From: Haliotis rubra | Taxonomy: Eukaryota | DNA: 64,000 nt | Reading direction: 5' to 3' | NCBI RefSeq assembly: GCF_003918875.1 | Contig: NW_025767657.1 | Coordinates: 1,364,001 to 1,428,000 of the forward strand | Shown: positions 37,432-50,900 of the stretch, in pieces | Position numbering within the stretch: the stretch's first letter is position 1 | Layout of the letters: every line of letters starts with the position of its first letter | Made by a program: the position numbers and the translations under genes | Notes under the pieces: generated by a model | What the model saw: only the letters and a program-made list of their open reading frames with translations | Told to the model about the DNA's origin: nothing | Databases searched by the model: none

Positions 37432-40400
37432 ATGCTGAAGTACGGCTTGACTTTACTAGGTAGGTATATAGATGTTTTATATGACAGTGTTTCGTTTGTT
37501 CGTTGTTTAACGCCGTGTTTTTCATCTGCAAGATTGCGATCTGTAAATGATCGAGTAAGAACTAACAATCAAGTGATAGACATCGCTAGCATCGATCTAC
37601 GCAATTGAGATACGATGACACGTGTCAACCATGTCAGCGAGTCTAACCACCCGATCCTTTGGTCGTCTCTTACGACAATCTTTATACTTATTGTAGTTTT
37701 TTTGCTTCAGTAAGCAGATTCCATTCTCGTTTCTGTTTTATGTGAGCTTTCTTATTTCTTCATTTTATATGATTTAGTTTTATCATGTTTATCGAAGCAT
37801 TTAATATAATATTTATCTTTTGGGAAACTGTTGGCAATCTATAGCCTGTTTTTATATTGTATTGTCATTTATAGTTCCAATATTTTAGATTTAATTGCTA
37901 GTTTTAAATGGATATCTGTGATACACTAGTAGTTTTACTGTTCTTCGTCAACAGGTTTTTTAATGTCCTACTTTATTGATCTATAATATAATTATAAACT
38001 GTTCTCGTCACGATATGGCTGGAATATTGCCGATGTGACGATAAATATTAACTCACTCACTCACTCACTCACCTTTGGGAAACGGATAACATATTTTGTT
38101 TTCTCTGAAGACACGTTTTAAAAAAACATTTCATGAAAAACAGGAGTTATCTTCCCCTCTTCGTCTTATCCGTATGCCCATTTTGTACCTAAATATGTCT
38201 TCTTAGGGTTTTATTGCTCTCCTTATGATTTTGAGTGAGTGAGTTAATATTTAACGTCACATCGGCAATATCTCAGCCACATCGTGACGAAACCAATTTA
38301 TACAATAAAAAGTGAAAACATTTTGAAGATTAAAACCTGTCGACGATGGACAGTAAAAATACTAGAAAATCACAGATATAATATAAAACTAGAGAGCAAA
38401 GTTAAAACATATCAATTATGGAAGACAATGCAGTCTGAAACACGTGCTATAGATCGGCAACAACTGAAGGTATGATTTTGATGCAAACGGAAGTGAATTA
38501 TAAAAATGTCAGTACAGGCAATGGGAACTTTGTTGCTCTGCATACGAAGGCCTTAAAACATGAAGCTGGATGAATTATTTAGTTCAGACTCTATGGTTTG
38601 GGAGACAGAATATGTCTCAACGTTTCTTGATAGCAGGTATTATTTATCACAATATGAATCACTGGACTGTCTGATCCAGACAGTATGATTTAAAGGGTGC
38701 CTTTGTATAGCTGATGTATTGCTGAATACGGCGTTGAACAATTGTTTGTAAAACCTACGTTATTAAGCACAGACAGTGATGCTCAAGTTGAAAACTTTTA
38801 ATAAAATTTGTATATAAAATATATATGCAATACATCCAGCCATAATCTCGCGTCACAGACCAACACACAGTATCGTTATATGAACCTGTATAGCGATAAC
38901 CATTATAATGAAATGTATAAACCTTAAATAACAGAAGTAACAGACAATGCAAGGGTGAGTAGTTTCGTATCACTGGACTGTGCTTATAACTACTGTTTCT
39001 TACAATAGTAATCACTTGAATGTCTGGTCCATACTGTGTGATTTACAGGTTGCCGTCGTGTAGCTAATATATTGCTGATTAAGGCGTTAAACAACAAATA
39101 ATGACAAAAGGGTAATCGAAGGCTTCAGTCCTTACGTTCACTTCCTTACCTATGTTTCAGCGCTGCTGTCTTGTATTTGCGCCAAGACCGCCATATATGA
39201 GTACACGTGTTTCGGCTACTCTGTTATTGACGAGCACGAGGTGGTCTCGGTGATCAGATGTAACTCCACCGACGTCTTCGACCCCACCACTAATAGATGT
39301 GTCACGTGAGTGTCGTTTCACAGACATTCATAAACAACAATCCTTGAAACAATCTGGAGCCTGTTTCACAAAGCTCTCGTAAGCTTAAGATTCATTCGTA
39401 ACTAGTCGTGTCTTTCCGGCAAGCCGGATGGCGTCTTGTGGCCATGTTTACGACTAGGCCCTGTCTAAGCCCAAACGGGCACGGAGATGAAAATAGTCTA
39501 GTACTAGTACCAAGGAAAGATAACTCAGAATTTCCAAACATGGCTACTCCAAGAATATCCTATAGCTATATCCCGTGGAGAAAACAACTATACAGTCATT
39601 CCCTTTTGTAAGTATGTTTTAGTGTTGAAAGTTGCTGATCCTTTAGCTGAAAGTTTATGTTGAAATTGTGCTTTGCATAGTTAGCGAGGTTTCAAAGTTC
39701 AATGGTGCCGCCATTTTCGGGCTTCGAAATGCGTTTTACTACGCGCGATTTGATTGGTTTGCCACGATTCTTGGCAATAATGGCGTACGATAGGGGTACG
39801 AGTCTTCTTGTAGGTCACGGAAAGAGGTGAGTAGTTACGAATGCATAAGATCTCGTAACCTTTCTCGTAGCATTCCTACCGCATATACTGTAACATTGAC
39901 TTTAGGATAGTCGTAGCGCTACGAGGGCTTTGTGAAACGGGGCCCAGGAAAGGTATTTCTCGATTGCCTGCGCAGCATATCTCTCAACAGGTTCTATTGC
40001 GGACATATGAAAGAAGTATTTAACACACTGGGTGACAAAAACCGTATTTCGACCTATACTGTCACAATACTGTTTCGTGTGAACCATTTACCTGCCTTTG
40101 GGTTTGTTTGAGTTGTGTCTGTTTGGCATAGTTTTCAACAGGTTCTATTGTGGACATATGAAGGAACTAATTAACACATACAGGGACAAAAATGACGTTC
40201 GATGGCATATCGTATTTCGAGTTGTACTATACCATTTCTGTTTGTGTTAACAATGGACTTGCCTTGCATTTGTTTGTGAGATGTGTCTGCGCAGCAAAGC
40301 GTTCAGCAAATTCTATTGTGGACATTTGAAGGCAGATTCCGTATTTGACACATTGGGGCAAAAATGAGTGAGTTAGTAATTATTTATCGTCACATCGGCA

Positions 40401-42888
40401 ATATTTCAGCCATACTGTGACGAGAACAACCTATACGTTAATCTTAAATAAATCTATACCATCAATCGTCAAAGGACAATATAAATACCAGAGTATCACA
40501 GATTTGGATGACACTGACATTTTTGCCGCCAACACCAGCAATCGCGGAAGAGAAAAATTGATGGAGGCCATCTGGATCCACCGCGCCAAACCTGAAATTA
40601 ACAGGGATCAAGGTGTTTTCCTACCGAATGCTTGATGCGTAGAACAGTAAGCTTTCAATGTACATGTTTTATCGATCGTTTACCCACCACCTATTGTTCT
40701 AGGCGGGCAAATCACTGAAGCAGAATGCTGCTACACAATAGATGTCTCTTAGTTTTGCTCCCCGTGAAATAAGGTCCCTCCATTATTGCTCCCTCGTGAA
40801 ATAAGGTCCCTCCACCATTGTGATTCCCATAAGGTGTGACAAATACATGTAGAAAATCAATTTATTTCTGTGTTCAATGCTGCACAAATATACAATTCAT
40901 TTCATCCATTTCACACATTTCATACATTTCATACAATTCAATACTCTGTTAAATGAGAAACTGCGTTTTATCCCATGTTCCCCTTAATCACTGTACATGC
41001 TTTGATGTGTGTTTTCATATGTGTGTTTTCCTATCATTGTTTTCATAAGTGGCTTCCAATAAATCATGTCATGTATATCCTATCCTTTTTGTTGTATAAA
41101 CACTCTGTACATCCATTGCATAAATATACGAAATAATCTCTTTGAACTCTGTACATCTCAATCAAAACACATCGCTTAATCTATTTGATCTCTGTACATC
41201 TCAATCTGTAATACTATCTCACTGGCTTCCTGTACATACTATATATTTTGCTGGTAATCTTATTCTGTCATTCACCGGATGAAGGGGCAAGAAGTAGCCC
41301 AGAAACGCCGTGTTGTAAATATTAATGAAGTTGTAAATCCATACCATACGTTGTTATGTTACATTCCAACTTCTAAATGCCCATCAAACACCTATCACAG
41401 ATTTGGTTTAAAACCAGCATGTTCTAATAAGAGGTATCACTACAGAAAACAATACAATATAAAATGGGTTAAGATCGCCAGAAGCCAAACTTAGTCACCG
41501 CACTAGGAACCATGTGGACTGACGGTACTTTTGCTACCTGCATGTACCCTAGCTGGATATACACCATCCCTCATCCCTTATTGCAAATTAAAATGAGTTT
41601 TAACGTTCGACTTGTACTGTTTCGAGTTAACACTTGACCTGCCTTTGCATGGGTGTGTGTCTTGTGTCATGGGAGTGGCATAATACGAACACCTGTCACG
41701 AACGCCTGGTAGTGAGTGAACGAGAGAGTATGGTTTCACGCCGCTTTTACCAATATTCCAGCAATATCACGGCGGGGGATACCAGAAATGGGCTTCACAC
41801 AATGTACCCATGTGGGGAATCGAACCCGAGTCTTCGGCATAACATGCGAACGCTTTAACCACTAGGCTACCCCGCCGCCCCTGAACGTCTGGTAGGGACG
41901 GTGGGGTTGTCTTGTGGTTATAGCGTTCACTTTACAGACTGAAGACCCGGGTTCGTTTCCCCATTTGGGTACAATGTTTTAAGCCCATTTCCGGCCCCTC
42001 CCTATCGTGATGCTGCTGGAATATTGCGAAAAGCGACGTAAAACTAAGACTCACTCATCAATAATTGTTTTCTACGTCAAAGGGAATCGGGCGTTTACGT
42101 GTTGTATATTGTAACTTCAGCCCACAGAAAGGCAACTGGCCATGCACGGACGTAGTGGACTGTAGCAAGCTGCCCGACAAGAGATACGTGGACGTCGACA
42201 GCAAGGACCACACTGGGAAGTGCAAGACATACTACACCTGTCACAACGGCTACTTCTACGGCCACAACTACTGTCCCGGGGGTGAGTGCCTGATAATGTG
42301 GTTTGGTTTGGTTATTCTTTAACTCCGCGCAGCAATATTCAAGCTATTTAGCGGCGGTCTGTAAATAATTCTTTTGGGCCAGACAATCCAGCGAATCTGA
42401 CAACCCGATCCCGTTAGTCGCCTCTTACGACAAGCATGGGTTACTGAAGATCAATATTCTAACCCGGACCTTCATGGGTCGTGTATATCAGTGACAAGTA
42501 CATATCAGTTTGATGTTGACATGTGTGCATCATATGACCTATCCCACCGGGTGCCCATTCACTGCTGGCTGACCACTGGCAATATTAAACTAACGGGATC
42601 AGGTGGTCAGGTTAGCTGACTTGGTGGACATTGTCTTGTCCAGATTCGATTATTTACAGACTACCGTCATGTAGCTGGAAGAAGCTCAGTATGGCTTTAA
42701 GCAGCAAGCGAACAAACTCATGCGTTAGAACTACTTCCTTAGCTGCTTGGTAATTGTGAATGAGATTCCGATCGTCACCTGATGTTGTTCTGATTTCAGT
42801 GCTGGTGTTCAATGAAGAGCGACAGTACTGTGATTGGGAGTATGACGTCAAGCCACCATGTGGAAGTTTGGCTACAGTCCTGGGATGA
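37432..42888 (+). CDS. Secreted chitin-binding type 2 (CBM14/peritrophin-A) protein, 140 aa; exons 37432-37459, 39161-39305, 42121-42281, 42800-42888
   Basis: GT-AG junctions with matching phases (1,2,1) give 423 nt: MLKYGLTLLALLSCICA-KTAIYEYTC...CNSTDVFDPTTNRC...WPCTDVVDC...CKTYYTCHNG...CPGVLVFNEERQYCDW...PCGSLATVLG*. TATA-like at ~37378, AATAAA at 42895. Confidence 0.92.
39357..39944. mobile_element. Harbinger-type MITE in intron 2
   Basis: Termini GAGCCTGTTTCACAAAGCTCTCGTA / TACGAGGGCTTTGTGAAACGGGGCC with flanks CTG/CAG. A related end lies at ~3130-3219. Confidence 0.85.
40508..41392 (+). mobile_element. Truncated Penelope-like element with 14-bp flanking duplication and hammerhead-like motif
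   Basis: KLMEAIWIHRAKPEINRDQG (GIY-YIG C-terminus); CCGGATGAAG-GGGC...GCCC-AGAAACG at ~41275-41308; TATCACAGATTTGG at 40494-40507 and 41393-41406. Confidence 0.85.
41713..42058. mobile_element. Two head-to-head tRNA-derived SINE copies (41713-41881 minus, 41894-42058 plus)
   Basis: Both are homologous to the SINE at 48550. GAACG(C/T)CTGGTA flanks the first copy. Confidence 0.88.
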
Positions 42889-43290
42889 AATTGAAATAAA
42901 TATGAAATTTTCCATTTATAAACTGACTTTCGTGCTGTGTGTGACGTCATTAGCCAAATTTCACGTCAGGCGAATCCGATTTGGGGAAAGTGAGCACACA
43001 CACTTTTAGGGGTTTTTAACTTCAATAAACGCAAAATATATGTTGAAATACATTCTTCATAATCGACTAGTTAAGGAAAATAACAGTGTGTTACGAAACA
43101 GTACTAGTGACATCTTTCAGCGCATAACTGCATCACAAGCACTCTCCACTAAAACGGAATACTTCTGGTGAAGTCACGTGCAATGTATTTAAAGAATTCT
43201 GTTAGTGTTTGTTCAAACATCTCCATTAAACTTAAGAAAGAGCCTCTTACTTCATTTAGAGATTTTGTGTATTGGTGGTGATGTTGGGGC

Positions 43291-43515
43291 GAGTGAGTGA
43301 GTTTAGTTTTACGCCGAACTCAGCAGGGCGGTCTGTAAATAATCGAGTCTGGACCAGACAATCCAGTGAGCAACAGCATTAACATCGATCTGCGCAATTG
43401 GGAACCGATGATATGTGTCAACCAAGTCAGCGAGCCTGACCACCCGATCCCGTTAGTCGCCTCTTACGACAAGCATGGGTTACTGAAGATAATATTCTAA
43501 CCCGGACCTTCACGG
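43291..43515 (-). mobile_element. Abundant ~240-bp SINE-like repeat (representative copy; others at ~36860, 37500, 42300, 45120, 46918, 51225, 53838, 59940, 60568-61016, 62277, 63390)
   Basis: Shared GTCGTAAGAGGCGAC hairpin, GGATTGTCTGGTCCAGACTCG core and (ACTC)n tail. Confidence 0.92.
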
Positions 43516-43723
43516 TATTGAAGCATGAAAGCGATAGGTCTGGTGAAATCAAAATTTAAAGAAAGAGTTTGTTCAAACATCTCCATTAAACTTTAGAAAG
43601 AGCCTCTTGCTTCCTTAAATGCTTTTGTATTATGATGAAATTGGGAGCCAGGAAAAATACTGCGGTTCGGCGACTGGGAGATGCTACAACTGAATACATG
43701 TTGAAACATCACCACTCTTTAGT

Positions 43724-44055
43724 CAGTGTGCGAAATAGTTTCAAAATGTTGCTAGCGAGTCGGGCCAGCTTTGCCTGAAAGTTACTTTGCCCACAAAATA
43801 ATTCACTTGTCCGTAATTTGAATGTAGATACGCGTTTCAGCATTAAGCTACTGATAGGAAGAACATTTTTATCAGGTCACAGTCTTGCATGATTTAAAAG
43901 TGTGTTATGATTAACAAGTCGGAGAGAGTGATATATTTCCAAAATGACCCAATGAAAATTCACTAGCCAGTCGGGCCAGTGACTGTGGAGGTTTACTGAC
44001 CCGACTGGAGTTTTACTAGCCACGGGCTAGCAGCCAGTGGCTATTTCGCACACTG
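43724..44055. mobile_element. hAT-type MITE
   Basis: TIR CAGTGTGCGAAATAG / CTATTTCGCACACTG with near-TSD CTCTTTAG / CTCTTTGG. Confidence 0.85.
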
Positions 44056-45719
44056 CTCTTTGGTTCTTTAGTTTGTACCACACAGTTGGTGAAAAGAATT
44101 GTTACATCGTGTTGAATGTGCAACCCTATTCAGATTAATGGATAATCCCCCGCGACACAGTCTCCAGACTGCGAGCCGATTACTCTTTGTACCATCCAAT
44201 GCCTAGCGCCAGACAGGGTAACAATTACCATCTCTAATGCCGTTTGGAAGGGGACCGGGAATCGAACCGCAGACTTTTTGCGCTGTGGACAAAGCTTAAT
44301 GCACTAGACCAAAGAACAGGGTAACCTAGACCGACACTTAGTCTCTGAATGTCTCTAGACACGAAAAAAGAAGCGACAGTGAGGTGGAAGTTTCAGAACC
44401 TGACGAACTCTAGACTGCCTCATTTAGCGCTTTAGCATTGCAGAGGCCTCGCGGAAGGGTAAAATGTTCAGGGACTGTGAGACAGACTAAACGCAAAGGT
44501 CATGTCCGGAATCTTAAGACTGAAAATGAAAACAATCTATCTCCATTTTACAATCATCGAACCGAAATATATAATTGAACTTTTTTCAGTAGTCGGGTTA
44601 GAAGAAAATCCGGGTTAGAATTGATCTTCAGTAACCGATGCTTGTTGTGACAGGCTACTAACGGAATCAGGTTTTCACTGGTCAGGCTTACATTAGTTGA
44701 GAGAAGGTTAAGAGAAATTAATATGATTTGGAAACCCACCCAAGCTTCCCACGGCACTGCGACTGGACCGACAGTTAACATGAAATAACGTTTTATCCGA
44801 CATAATAGATGAACTCCGTACTATTTGATTTAATCCAGCTGATGTATGTCAATTGAGCGTTATCAATTCTATAAGAAAACAAAACTTATCCGCTGAAATT
44901 GCAAGCTGAAAGATAATTTGTCTGGCATTTCTCTTTAGATTTTGGTACTGATGGCGAAGATGTTTGCGCTGGGAATCTGTTTCGGGAGGTGCTAAAGACT
45001 GATTGTTCTCTTGCGCTTAGGCTGTATATTTTAAGACACTTTTTCGACGTAACCATAGCTTAATCAGCAGATTCATCTGTGAGCCATGCCCTTGGAGTAT
45101 GTTTGTTCCTGTGTCTTTCTTGACGCCGCACTCAGCAATTTTCCAGCTGTACGCTTTTTTCGTAAATAATCGCGTCTGGACCAGACAATCCATTGATTAA
45201 CAGCTCGCGCATCGATGAATTGGGATACGATGATATGCGTCATTCAAGTCAGCGGACCTGATCATCCGATCTCTTAATCCAAGAAGTATGGGTTGTTGCA
45301 TACTAATTCTAACGCGCATCGTCAACAACAAATTATCCAATACAGACTAAAAAAACAGAGCCCACTTTTATCTTGCAAACACCAAAGACTATGATGTTGA
45401 GAAAACTAACATATATCGGTACTCAATTTTGTTTGAAATATCTAACTTTGTATTCTAGACATTTACAACTCAAATTTAATATGAGACGTTTGATTACAGG
45501 TATCGAATTACTGCAGACATCTCTTTTTGCGACTTGTTTGATTGCTTAATGCAATATTTTAACTAAATAACGTCGGTCTGTAAATAACCGAGCCTGGACC
45601 AGACAGTTTATGACTGACATCAGTGGCATCGATCATACATTGGCATGTCTTTTTTCTAAACCACCGATTAGGCTTGCCACGTTTTTAATCGTAGAATATG
45701 TGTGTTTTTAATTTATGGC

Positions 45720-46054
45720 TAGATTTCTCTTCTGTCACCAATGGCTGAAGGGATGGTGTAAATCCAACTAGGGTCCATGCAGGTAGCAAAAGTAATGTAA
45801 GTCCACATGGTCCCTGGTATGGTGATCTACCTTCAGTTTTAGGCGATTTATAGCCCATTTTTATACTGTATTGTTTTTCCCCTATAGTTAAAACGTTTTA
45901 GATTTAATTACTATTTTTACATACATATCTGTGATATTCTAGTTGTTTTACTGTCTTCGTCGGCAGTTTTTTTTTATAATATACATATATTTCATTTCAA
46001 TATCAAATGTTCTCGTCACGATATGGCTTAAATGTTGCCGATGTGACGTTAAAT
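45720..46054 (+). mobile_element. LINE 3'-UTR-like dispersed repeat (others at ~37830-38072, 38232-38470, 40365, 49614-49970, 61066-61305)
   Basis: Ends GTTCTCGTCACGATATGGCT...GCCGATGTGACG...(ACTC)n, matching the tail of the LINE at 32210. Confidence 0.75.
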
Positions 46055-46228
46055 ATTAACTCACTCACTCACTCTAAACCACCGAATCCCGTTGGTCGAC
46101 TCGTACGACAAGCATGAAGACCAATTGTAATTCATGTTCACAAGTACGTGTTTAAACCATGCTTATTTTTGTGTCCTAGAGAAAAATGACACATTATTGT
46201 TCGGACCACATGCATGTCTGTAAATAAC

Positions 46229-46286
<58 letters not shown>

Positions 46287-46407
46287 CGGTCGAGGCCTCA
46301 CCACGACCTCCAGATACCACTATCGGCATGTCTGTGAATATTTTTGTTAAATAGCATATGTTGACCTTTGGCAGGACAAGCCTTTCCATGCGATTGCAAG
46401 TGCTGGC

Positions 46408-46609
46408 ATGTGGACTCACGGAATTTTAATATTCAGTAAGTTTTTAATGTTTTGTTGTTAGATAAAAGGTCTTGAACCTTAGATAAGTACCGTGTTTAAG
46501 TTTTGGAAGTGCACATTTGATACTGTCAGTGTGACCTAAGAATTACGACATGTAAGTCCTGGAAGGTCGATGGTCTTGTTCGGACCACATGCATGTCTGT
46601 AAATAACAG

Positions 46610-46671
<62 letters not shown>

Positions 46672-47893
46672 GGTCGAGGCCTCACCTCCCCTGGGAAGGT
46701 TCTATGTTGTTGAGATCGAGCCAGTCTGAGAAGAGTTGACACCCTAAATAACCCTTCAGACACTGCAGGGGGATTTAACATGGGTGCCCTCTTTGGAACT
46801 TTAGAAAGATTTAACATGGACATCCTCTTTGACACGACAGAGAGATTTAACATGGCTACCTTCGTAGACACTGTAGAGAGATTTAACATGGATAGGCTCT
46901 GTAGAGAGATTTAACATTGAGTGAGTGAGTGAGAGTTTAGTGTTATGTCGCACTCAGCAATATTCCAGCTATATGGTGGCGGTCTGTAAATAATCGGATT
47001 TGGACCAGACAATCCTAGGATCAACAGCACGAACATCAATCTACGCAATTAAGTGAATGAGTTAGTTTTACGCCGCACTCAGCAATATTCCAGCTATATT
47101 GCGGCGGTCTGTAAATAATCGAGTCTGGACCAGACAATCCAGTGATCAACAGCATGAGCATCGATCTACGATGACATGTGTCAACCCAGTCAGCGAGCCT
47201 GACCACCCGATCTCGTTAGTCACCTCTTACGGCGAGCAGATTTAACGTAGAAGACGCCGTAGAGAGATTTAACATGGCCACACTCTTAGACACGACAGAG
47301 AGAGAGTTAACATGGATACCTTCGAAGAGATTTAACATGGATGCCCTCTTACACACTGTGGAGATATTTAACATGGATACCCTCTTAGACATTGTTGAGA
47401 TATTTAACAAGCCTACTAGACATTGCAGACGACTTAACACTTCATACAGATTTAGCACATAAAAATAACATAAACGACCAAGTGGCTATCCGACTATTGA
47501 AGTTGTGCAATTTTAAAACTGATCGTGTCACCATAAGCCGACAGTGAGAACCGGTGCCCATACTATTAACCACCAGATTTGCCGTGATAAAACTGTGTAA
47601 TGATGCCGAATGCTGTGTAAACAAGCACTTCCTGTGACGACTGTTGCAGGTGCGGCGTTGTTGTTGGTGTGCGGCAAGCATGATGTGTTCGAGTACACGT
47701 GCTTCAGCTACAAAATCATTGATGAACATCAGCAGGTAGTGCAGATCAGGTGCAACTCTACCGAGGTGTTTAGCCCTGTGGATGCCAAATGTATCAAGTA
47801 AGTCTCTTATTAGGCCGAGTGAACAGGGTGCACATTGCTTACAAAATGGAACGGTTTGACGTTACAAGATATTCCTACTTATAAACTGAATGT

Positions 47894-47955
<62 letters not shown>

Positions 47956-50900
47956 CGTGTGTCACTGTGTGATGGTACTTGTCCAGACTAATGCCAGTTT
48001 TACGGTGCTAGTGCACTGATACGTTTCCGACTTCCAACTGATTATCATTTGCCGCACCAGACTGACCTAAAAACTGGTAGAGAGCTACAAAGAGCGTCAG
48101 AATTGCTTATCTAATAAGTCGCTAATACCGGGTGCATGTGTAATAAGATCACTTTATCAGCAGTATCCCAACTGTGTGTATTATCAGAGAAGGCAATCGA
48201 TGATGAGCCTGCCACTCTGATGATCCATTCTATCTGTCCACAAACACAAACCCCCACTCAAGGTGAGGGGGGTATGGTTCACGAGGCAGCAAACCAGCAG
48301 GTAAAAATATGTTAGGCTCCTCTCATGAAAACATGGCTATGAAGGCAAATGTCGGCTGACAAAAGAATTACGAACCACAGTGCCAGAAAGCATATGATAC
48401 AATCCTTGACAAGCAATGGAATCCCAAGATACCGGGTTATGCAAGTTTATGGTCACAAAAACATTTAATCCATAAACATGTACTCGAGATTCACTGAGGA
48501 ACAACACGTGTCAAACATTCTGTCGTCTAACACCACTTCAAACGCACTCGGGGCGGTGGGGTAGCCTAGTGGTTAAAGCGTTGGCTCGTCACGCCGAAGA
48601 CCCGGGTTCGATTCCCCACATGGGCACAATGTGTTAAGCCCATTTCTGGTGTCCCCCGCCGTGATATTGCTGGAATATTGCTAAAAGCGGCGTAAAACTA
48701 AACTCAGTCAGTCAAACGCACTCAGTCCAGTCATCCCATCAGTTGCTCCTGAATGTCGGTTTTCCCGTCCTTCAAATGAAAGTATGCATCCTCATCCGGC
48801 ATCAATCGCCATGTCTTCCCAAAAGTACGCCATTGACACACAAGCATGATTCAGACACTTTCCGCTCGGCCAATATATGGGGGTCTCTTCAATATCACCG
48901 TTGGCGGCGAAAAAACTCGCAAATGACATGTAGCAGGTGTCAGTCCAAAGGGTCGACGCATTCTCCCAGTTGTCGAGTCAAGCCCTGATTCTGACTGATA
49001 AATTTCCTGTTTACATTTAGGCTATTTCCTGTTGATGCGACCTGAACTGATTCAAAAGTTCGGGGTTTCTTCAAACTTTTCATTTCTTTTACTGACGGTC
49101 GAAAGTTTGACAATCCAATAAAACCAATTTCTGAGCTGACTTGGAAACTTTGTTGTAGATTATGTCTGCATGACCACGTTGTCCAGCCCTGTTTCTGACC
49201 GAATATCTATGAACTTTTCACTCTCCCCATTTCCCTATCCATTTGTTTCTTTCTCAATGCATCCAATTCTCTCTCGCTCTATCCATTTTTCTAGCATTCC
49301 TCTCTGTCTATACAATCATTTCTATCTGCCTCTAGCATTTTTTCTTTCTCTCTATCCATCCATTTGTTTCCACATATATATCCATTTCTCTCCAGATCTG
49401 TCCATCCTTTTTCTCTCTATCCATTTTCTCGCTTTGAGTACATTTTTTTATGTATCTCTCCATCCATTTCCTTCTTTCTATTCATTCTCTATTTCTTTCA
49501 GTCAATCCATTTCTCTTCACATCTTCTCCATCCATTTTTCTCTTGATCCTGTTCTCAATTCTCTTTTTCTATCTTTCCATTTCTATTCAATTTCCTTTCT
49601 ATCCATTTCTCACTGAGAGTGAGTTAAAATTTAACGCCACATCGGCAATATTTCATCCATATCGTGACAAAGAACAATTAATCTTTACATAGTAATTAAT
49701 GTTAAACTGTAAAACCTGTCAACGAAGGACAGTAAAATAACTAGATTATCACAGATTCGAATTTAAAACTAGTAATTAAATCTAAAACAGTTTAACTATA
49801 GATGACAACTTCTACAAGGTAAAAACAGGCAAAATATTGCAATCACTGAAGGTAGATAACCATACTAAGGAGCATGGGGACTTACAGAACATTTGCTTCC
49901 TGCATGGACCCTGCTAGGATTTACACCATCCTTCAGCTAATAGCAATGTTAGATAATCTAGCCACAAATTAAACGGACATTAAATGGTAGTAGGTTTAGA
50001 TTTACTTTGCATGGTTTGGGACTTGCGGTTCTTTCTCAGATGCTTCTGCACGTAAGTCCCAAGTCAACAAGCTAATACCTGCAATTCAATTCGGTGTCAC
50101 TCTCGGCGCACACAAGGAAATATTCCATAAGCAATGGCAAGAAGAGTGTGTACCATTGTTTTGGATGTGGAACAAGAAAAAACTATTCTTAGAAGAATTA
50201 AAAACCTATACTCAAGTACAAAGATATCCATGTGGAGTAGTTAAAGTTCTGTACATAAAGCAATAAAGACATACAAGACATACTCGCTGACTTGGTTGAC
50301 ACAGGACATCGTATCCCAATTAGGGCATCCATTGTTTTATGTGTTTTACGTAGCGACCATATTTTCAACACATGGGTCAGTCGGTCGGGGAATAAAAACT
50401 ATTAAAAATTAACAAAGACAAAATTATCCAAAAAATGTTCTTGATTCTCATTTATTATAATTCCTATTACAATTCCTCGCGTTCTTTGGACTAGTGGCAT
50501 CGACTTCAGGATTATTTTTTGCTTGTTTTGTTTCTTGGTTTTTCTCTGGTTTTTGGGGTGTGTCAGGCGATGAGATACTCAAACAAGAAAAATGCTGCCC
50601 TTACGTAGATCAATGCTCATGCTTTTTATCGCTGAATTGTCCGAGACAGTCCAGACCGCCTCCATTGAGCTGGAATATTGCTGAGTGCGACGTACGCAAG
50701 AAACAAATGAGAAAGGAGGAAGTTGCAGATAAATTTCCAGTCTCTCCATCCCGCATAATACTGAACTTCCCCTGTTTGTTTTCGCAGACCCGAGAAAACA
50801 AATGGCCGTGTGATACAGACATCGACTGCCACACAAAAGGAGACCAGAAATATGCGGACACGAAGGAAGGATGTAAAACGTATTACACCTGCCTTGGAGG

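Noticed and set aside
48550-48625. tRNA gene
   Set aside because: It is the tRNA-like head of a multi-copy SINE with a body, tail and TSD.
49170-49692. Hydrophobic Phe/Ser/Leu-rich ORFs
   Set aside because: Translation of a CT-rich degenerate repeat.
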